Of a stretch of 64,000 bases of DNA, positions 58,348 to 64,000 are shown in pieces. Each line of letters starts with the position of its first letter. Positions within the stretch are counted from its first letter, which is position 1. The DNA is from an uncultured Gemmatimonadaceae bacterium (lineage in GTDB: Bacteria > Gemmatimonadota > Gemmatimonadetes > Gemmatimonadales > Gemmatimonadaceae): contig CAWFQK010000002.1 of assembly GCA_963817955.1 (NCBI GenBank), forward strand, positions 128,001 to 192,000, given 5' to 3'. A model generated the notes under the pieces. The model was not told where the DNA came from. It did no database searches and saw only the letters and a list, made by a program, of their open reading frames with translations. A program made the translations under genes and the position numbers.

Positions 58348-61300
58348 CTAGGCAACGAGACTACGAAGGGCGCGGACGAGCCCATCGAGTATTGGAGCAC
58401 CACCAAGGCGGGTCAACTTCAAGGACAGCGGAACCGCGCGGCGAACCTCCGCTTGGAACTGCACGTCGTGAAACGCCGCGGACAACCCTTTGATTCGGGG
58501 CACCGCAGAATCACGAAAAGTAATACGGGCCTCCTCGCCACGCACCAGGATTCCTTCTATCCCCATTGCGCCGCCGATGATCCGTAGTTGAGCGAGCGCA
58601 AGCATCGCGACTGCCGGCGCCGGCATCGGACCGAAACGATCACGCAACTCGGTACGTAGCGCCTCCAGCTCGCCAGGCTCGGTGAACCGCGCCACGCGCT
58701 TGTAAATGTCGATCTTCGCGTCCTGCGACACGACGTAATCATCCGGCAGGTAGTTCGGCGTATCGATGGTCACGTCCGACGGCACGAGCTTGGGTGCCAC
58801 GTCGCCCGACATCAGCCGGTTCACGGTCTCGTCGAGCATGCGCAGGTACAGGTCGAAGCCAACCGCCTGCACGAACCCCGACTGCTCGGCCCGAGCAGAT
58901 TGCCTGCGCCGCGCATCTCCATGTCCTTCAGCGCGACCGGTACCCTGCGCCCGAGCTCGGTGTGGTGCTCGAGCACCTGCAGCCGGCGCTCGGCGTCCGC
59001 ATCAACTGAGTCCGGCACCATCAGGTAGCAGTACGCGCGACGGTGCGAACGCCCGACGCGCCCGCGCAACTGGTAGAGCTGCGCGAGTCCGAGGTGATCG
59101 GCGCGATTCACGAACATCGTGTTTGCGTTCGGCACGTCGAGGCCGCTCTCGACGATCAGTCGTCGAGACGAGCACGTCCACCGTCCCGCTCACGAACGCG
59201 TGCATGCACTCCTCGAGATCGCTTGCTCGCGCATCTGGCCGTGCGCCACGCCGAACGCGCGCCCGCGGCACGATGCGCTGCACGTGATCGGCGATCGCCT
59301 CGATGGTCTCGATGCGATTGTGGACGAAGAACACCTGTCCGCCCGCGGTCGAGTTCGCGAGCGATGCCCTCGTCGATCAGTCCGTCGTCCCACGGTTCGA
59401 CAACGTCAGCACCGGCGAGCGGTCGCGCGGCGGCGTCTGCATGAGCGTCATGTCGCGCAGTCCGGCGAGCGACGAGATGGAGCGTGCGCGGGATTGGCGT
59501 CGCCGTGAGCGTGAGCACGTCGGTCTCCAGCTTGAGTTGCTTGAGCCGCTCCTTGTGCTTCACGCCGAACCGGTGTTCCTCGTCGACGATGATCGAGGCC
59601 CAGATCGCGCGAACGCGACGTCCTGCGACTGAGCAGTCGGTGGGTGCCGATGACGATGTCGACCTTGCTGTTCCTTCAGCGTCGGCGAGCATCTCGCGGT
59701 CTGCTCCTTCGCCGTCTGGAACCGGCTCATCACCTCTACGCGAATGGGAAAGTCGGCAAGACCGCTCGCTGAACGTGCGCAGCGTGCTGGTCGGCGAGAA
59801 TGGTCGTCGGCACGAGCACGGCCACCTGCCGCCCGATCTGCACCGCCTTGAACGCGGCGCGAACGGCGATCTCGGTCTTGCCGTACCCGACGTCGCCGAC
59901 GAGCAAGCGGTCCATGGGTCGCGTGCTCTCCATGTCCGTCTTCACGTCGTCGGTGGCCTTGCGCTGGTCGGGCGTGTCCTCGAACAGGAAGCTCGACTCG
60001 AGCTGGCGCTGCCACGCCGTGTCCGGCAACGTGCGGCGGACGGCTGGCGACCTTTCGCCGCGCGTAGAGGTCGAGCAGTTCGACCGTCATCTCCTGGATG
60101 GCGGCGCGCGCTGCGTCGCGCTGCGAGCCCATCGCCGGCCGCCGAGCTGGTGCAGTCGCGGCGGCGGCGCGTCCTCGGAAACGTCGCCCGCCGCGCGGAT
60201 ACCGCTCGACCTGGTCGATGCGGTACAGCGGCACGTTGAGGCGGTCGCCCGCCCTCGTACTCGATGACGACGACCTCGATCGTGCTCTGGCCGACGAAGA
60301 TCGTGCTCGATGCCGCGATAGATCCCGACGCCGTGCTCGAGATGGACGACGAAGTCGCCGAGCTTGAGCGCAGCGACCGTCTCGAGCGCCGCGCTGCCGG
60401 TGACGTACCGGCGAGCGCGGCGAATGCGCCGCTCGCGGCGAAAGATCTCGTGGTCGGTGAGAATGCGCAGCCCGCGAGAGTCCGCGCCGCTCGCCGGGAT
60501 CACGAAGCCTCCGTCGAGCACGCCGATCGCCAGCGCCGCCGGCGACGGGCTCGCTGATCCTCGTCGCTCAGTAACTCGTCGAGGCGCTCGCACTGCCCTG
60601 CGTTGTCGCAGAGGATCATCGTCGGCATGCCATCGCGCACCAAGCGCTTGAGCTGCCGAATGTCGCGGTCGATCGACTCCGGCGCGCGCAACGGAAACAC
60701 CACGTCCGGCGCCATGTTCTCGACCTGTCTCGACGGCGGCGAGGGTGCCGAGCCTGTGCAACAAGGACAGCGTCACGCTCGGGCGACTCGAACAACTCCT
60801 CGCGCCTGAACACGTCTTCGCCGCGTCGGCGCGCGAGGTCGATGTGATGCTGCGCGCCTCTCCCACGTGCGACGCAACTCCGGCTCGAAGTGCGATCCGC
60901 GCGGCGCAACGAGGATGGTGTCGGGCGGAAAGAGAGACGCGATCGAGCGCGCGTTCGAAATCGCCGGCCTCGTCGCGCACACTGCCCATCCACCGGCAGC
61001 ACGAGCGCGAAATCCACCGTGCGGCTGGATCGCTGCGTCGAGCAGGTCGAAGTGGCGCAGATCGACGATCTCGTCGCCCCAGAACTCGAGCGCGGACGGG
61101 CTCGGCCATGCCGAAACCGAATACACGTCGAAGATGCCGCCGCGCACGCTGAACTGTGCCACGTCCTCTACCATCGGCACACGCTCGAAGCCGATCGACT
61201 CGAGGTGCGCGGCGAGCGCGCTCAAGCGATACGTCGCACCCTTGCGTAGTTCAATGCGCAGATCGCGCAGCGCGCTCGGCATGCGGGTGCGTTCGAGCAG

Positions 61301-61675
61301 CGCCCGCGCCGTGGTGAGCAGAATGCGCACATCGCCGCGCGTCATCCGTTCGAGTGTCTCGACGCGTTCGCCCGCCACCTCCACGTGCGGCTCGGCTTCG
61401 CCGAATCCTTCGCGGGGCGGATAGAGTGCAATCGGCGCATCGTCGAGCAGGGCGCCGAGATCGGCCAGCCATCGCTCGGCGTCCGCCACGCCCTCAGTGG
61501 CAATGACAAAGAAGCGTGTCGGCAGGCGCCGTGCGAGTGCGGCGACCAGCGCAGCGTCCGCCGATCCTGGCAATCCCCCGGCGACGAGTCGCTGTCCAGG
61601 CGCGGGCAGCGTGCCGAGAACTCGATTGAATGCGGGCAGACGCTCGATCGCGTCGAGCAGCGAGTCGAGCGCCAT
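58348..61675 (-). CDS. mfd: transcription-repair coupling factor Mfd, multiply frameshifted in this sequence
   Basis: Fragments in changing frames: [66 protein letters not shown]. Confidence 0.93.
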
Positions 61676-63477
61676 CAGGCGATGTGGCGACTGCGCGCCC
61701 CAATCACGATCGCTTCAACGACCAACATTATGAGTGCGAGGATCAAGGCAAGTTCGATGAGGGATCGGCGGCCGGCGGCGCGGAACGCCATCGACACCCA
61801 AGAGGCCGCGTCGGATGTAACAACCGTCTGCCGGGTCGGAATGCGCGCACGCAACTCGTTGGCGGTATACCGCTCGAGCAGCGATTCGTCGGGCGGGGGA
61901 TTCACCACCACCGCACCAACGCGCCGTCCGGCATTCGTAAGAAAGTACGTGCCGGCGCGCGCCGGCACGTCGAGCGATTCGCCCAGAGGATTCCGCTGCC
62001 CGTCGGGTTCTTCCAGTGCGTCGGCCCACCGAGGACGCGTGAGCGATGCGCCAGGCACGGCGGCGATCACCTGCCCCGGATCGCCGACGAGCCGCTCGGT
62101 AATCATGGCGGCAAGCCAGGGAACGAAATTCGCCCGCACGGGCAGATCCGTCGCGTCGGGAACGAGTGGCGAGGCGACGAGCACGTATTTCGGGCCGGCG
62201 ACAACCCATGGATCCTGTCCAGCCACCGCCAGCGTCTCGGCGGCGGCTCCTGACTGTGGCACGAGGTCGTAGCGGGCCGATACCGTGACATCGTCCACCC
62301 CTGGTCCGCGCACCGAGGATTGGCCGGCGCGGGACTCGCCGAAGCGCCAGGGCACGCCGGCACGCTCCAGCGCGCGATTCGCTGCACCGAGTCGGACCGG
62401 GTCTGCCGGCGCGGTGATCAGCGCCGGAAGCGACGACAGATCGTCCCCGGTCGTTATGGCAATGTCGTGTCCCTCCACGACGCGCTCGCTCGACCGCAAC
62501 ACGTCGAGGGCGTTCTTCACGAATGGACCGGCGCTCGGCGACGCAGCCACGGCAGGAGCGGGACCGATCCACACCGCAAAGTACCGTACGTTGTCGCCGG
62601 GCAGCTCATCCGGCTCGATCTCTACGGTGCCGCCGACCCAACCGCGCTCCGGCGGAGCGGCGCGCACGACGACTTCCTCGTTGGGCGCAGCCGTCCCGCG
62701 CGCGAACGTCCGCCCGCCGAAGGTGATACGATAGGTCGTGGAATCGCGTGACAGGAAACGCGTCGCCACGGTGCCACCTGGCGTCCAGCGCGCGGGACGA
62801 CCCTCGGCGAGCAGCACGGCGCGATTCACTGGCGGCGCAACCGTTGGCGCGTAGAGGAGCAGGTGCGCGTCGGCAATGGCCGGCGCGTGTCGCCATTCGG
62901 TGCGTTGGCCATCGGTGAGCAGCGCCAGCTGCCGTGCGTCGAGCCCAGCGCCGCGCACCAGGGTGGCGGCGCGCGTCAGCGCGGCGGCCGGGTCACCGGC
63001 GCCGGCAAGCGGCTCGATGTGTGTGATCTCATCGCGGAGCATTGCCGCGCTGCCTCCGCGCGCGCGTCCGTCAATCGTCACGAGCCAGAGTCGGTCGGCG
63101 GACGTCGCGTGAGCGACGGCGTCGCGCGCCATCGACTTGAATTGGTCGAGCAGCGGGCGGCCGTTCACCATGACGGACGTGCTGAGGGAGTTGTCGATGA
63201 CGATGGCGAGCGCGGTGGGCGCGTGTCCCGAGCCCATCCAGCGGGCCACGGGGCGCGCGGCGGCGATGGCGATGGCCAGGAGCGCGAGCACGCGAAGCAA
63301 CATCAACAGGAGATTTCTAATGCGCAGCGTGCGGCTGTGCTCCTGTTCGGCGCGCGCCAGATAGCGCGCGGCCGGAAACTCCACCCGCACCCCGATACGC
63401 CGGCGCATCAGGTGAATGAGCAGGGGCACGGCGACGGCGCCGGCGAGCAGCAGGTAGAGGGGCGCGAGAAAGCTCAC
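61675..63477 (-). CDS. BatA/vWA domain membrane protein
   Basis: MSFLAPLYL...PLLIHL...FPA BatA N-terminus; IDNSLS MIDAS-like motif; C-terminal TM. Confidence 0.88.
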   Translation of the reverse strand: MSFLAPLYLLLAGAVAVPLLIHLMRRRIGVRVEFPAARYLARAEQEHSRTLRIRNLLLMLLRVLALLAIAIAAARPVARWMGSGHAPTALAIVIDNSLSTSVMVNGRPLLDQFKSMARDAVAHATSADRLWLVTIDGRARGGSAAMLRDEITHIEPLAGAGDPAAALTRAATLVRGAGLDARQLALLTDGQRTEWRHAPAIADAHLLLYAPTVAPPVNRAVLLAEGRPARWTPGGTVATRFLSRDSTTYRITFGGRTFARGTAAPNEEVVVRAAPPERGWVGGTVEIEPDELPGDNVRYFAVWIGPAPAVAASPSAGPFVKNALDVLRSSERVVEGHDIAITTGDDLSSLPALITAPADPVRLGAANRALERAGVPWRFGESRAGQSSVRGPGVDDVTVSARYDLVPQSGAAAETLAVAGQDPWVVAGPKYVLVASPLVPDATDLPVRANFVPWLAAMITERLVGDPGQVIAAVPGASLTRPRWADALEEPDGQRNPLGESLDVPARAGTYFLTNAGRRVGAVVVNPPPDESLLERYTANELRARIPTRQTVVTSDAASWVSMAFRAAGRRSLIELALILALIMLVVEAIVIGARSRHIA

Positions 63478-64000
63478 GGCAGTTGCTGCCGGGCGGCGAA
63501 GGCGCGACGCAAGGGAATGCCGAACGGCGCGTCGGTCGCAACAACTTCATAGCCGATGCCGAGCGAACCGAACATCGTCCGCCACTCACCAATGACCTCC
63601 TCGACCGTCTTGCGGTACGCCACGCGGACGTCGGCGACACTCGCCGGCACGGCAAGTCGTGATTCGGGATCGACGAACAGCGCCTCCCCGCTCATCGAGA
63701 GCTCGCGCTCGGATGGATCCATGATATGCAGCACCGTTACGTCGTGTCCGGCGGCGCGCAGACCGCGCATCGCGTTCTCGACGTCGGGCATGTCCATCAG
63801 CAGATCCGAGATGAGAATGAGCAAGCCGCGACGGGTGATGAGCCGCGCCGCCTGGTGCAAGGCGTCGGGGGCGCTCGACACGCGTCCGGTGCCCGCCTCA
63901 CCGAGTGCGGCCACGATGCGCCGCCACTGCCCACCACGCGCACGCGGCGGAATCGCCGTCCGGACCGTTTCGTCGAACCGCACGAGTCCGACTGCGTCCC
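63474..64000 (-). CDS. DUF58 family protein, C-terminal part
   Basis: RRGLLILISDLL, HDVTVLHIMDP.E; upstream of BatA as in MoxR operons. Confidence 0.85.
   Translation of the reverse strand, partial: DAVGLVRFDETVRTAIPPRARGGQWRRIVAALGEAGTGRVSSAPDALHQAARLITRRGLLILISDLLMDMPDVENAMRGLRAAGHDVTVLHIMDPSERELSMSGEALFVDPESRLAVPASVADVRVAYRKTVEEVIGEWRTMFGSLGIGYEVVATDAPFGIPLRRAFAARQQLP

Noticed and set aside
58860..61110. Programmed frameshifting or phase variation in mfd
   Set aside because: There are too many irregular shifts and no slippery tracts; sequence error is more parsimonious

Overview
GC-rich bacterial chromosomal window, most likely Gemmatimonadota (Gemmatimonadaceae-like, judged by eye from the 16S and gene content). 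It is mostly core and envelope genes. In order: a 7-tRNA operon with its own sigma70 promoter, efp, tesA/ybbAP-like ABC genes, RCC1-repeat and EAL-HDOD proteins, a secreted-hydrolase/PorV-like cluster, MarR, DedA-PAP2, two RND efflux loci (one with PAP2, PepSY and a two-component system), PfpI, a Tat BNR-repeat protein, a BTAD-TM-TPR regulator, a stand-alone 16S+tRNA-Ile unit with no 23S, typA, pilT, a CDF transporter, CorC, and a DUF58-BatA-mfd-PPIase-surA-pdxA-M28 run. I found no CRISPR array, prophage or intact transposase. The most unusual stretch is a ~700-bp decay hotspot at 16.2-16.9 kb. It holds a mazEF-like pair whose toxin core is replaced in frame by a perfect 22-bp inverted duplication, an inverted-repeat element carrying a GxxExxY-like gene remnant, and a REP-like hairpin. 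Other notable signals are the unlinked rRNA unit, an EF-P with a PGNLR loop, heptamer repeats at gene junctions, a hidden 51-aa secreted-peptide ORF, a PilT with a duplicated N-domain, and RGG-rich inserts in exported proteins. Frameshifts in mfd, one RND gene and the BTAD gene are probably consensus errors. I cannot point to one clearly new, complete system. All family calls come from motif recognition, not database searches.
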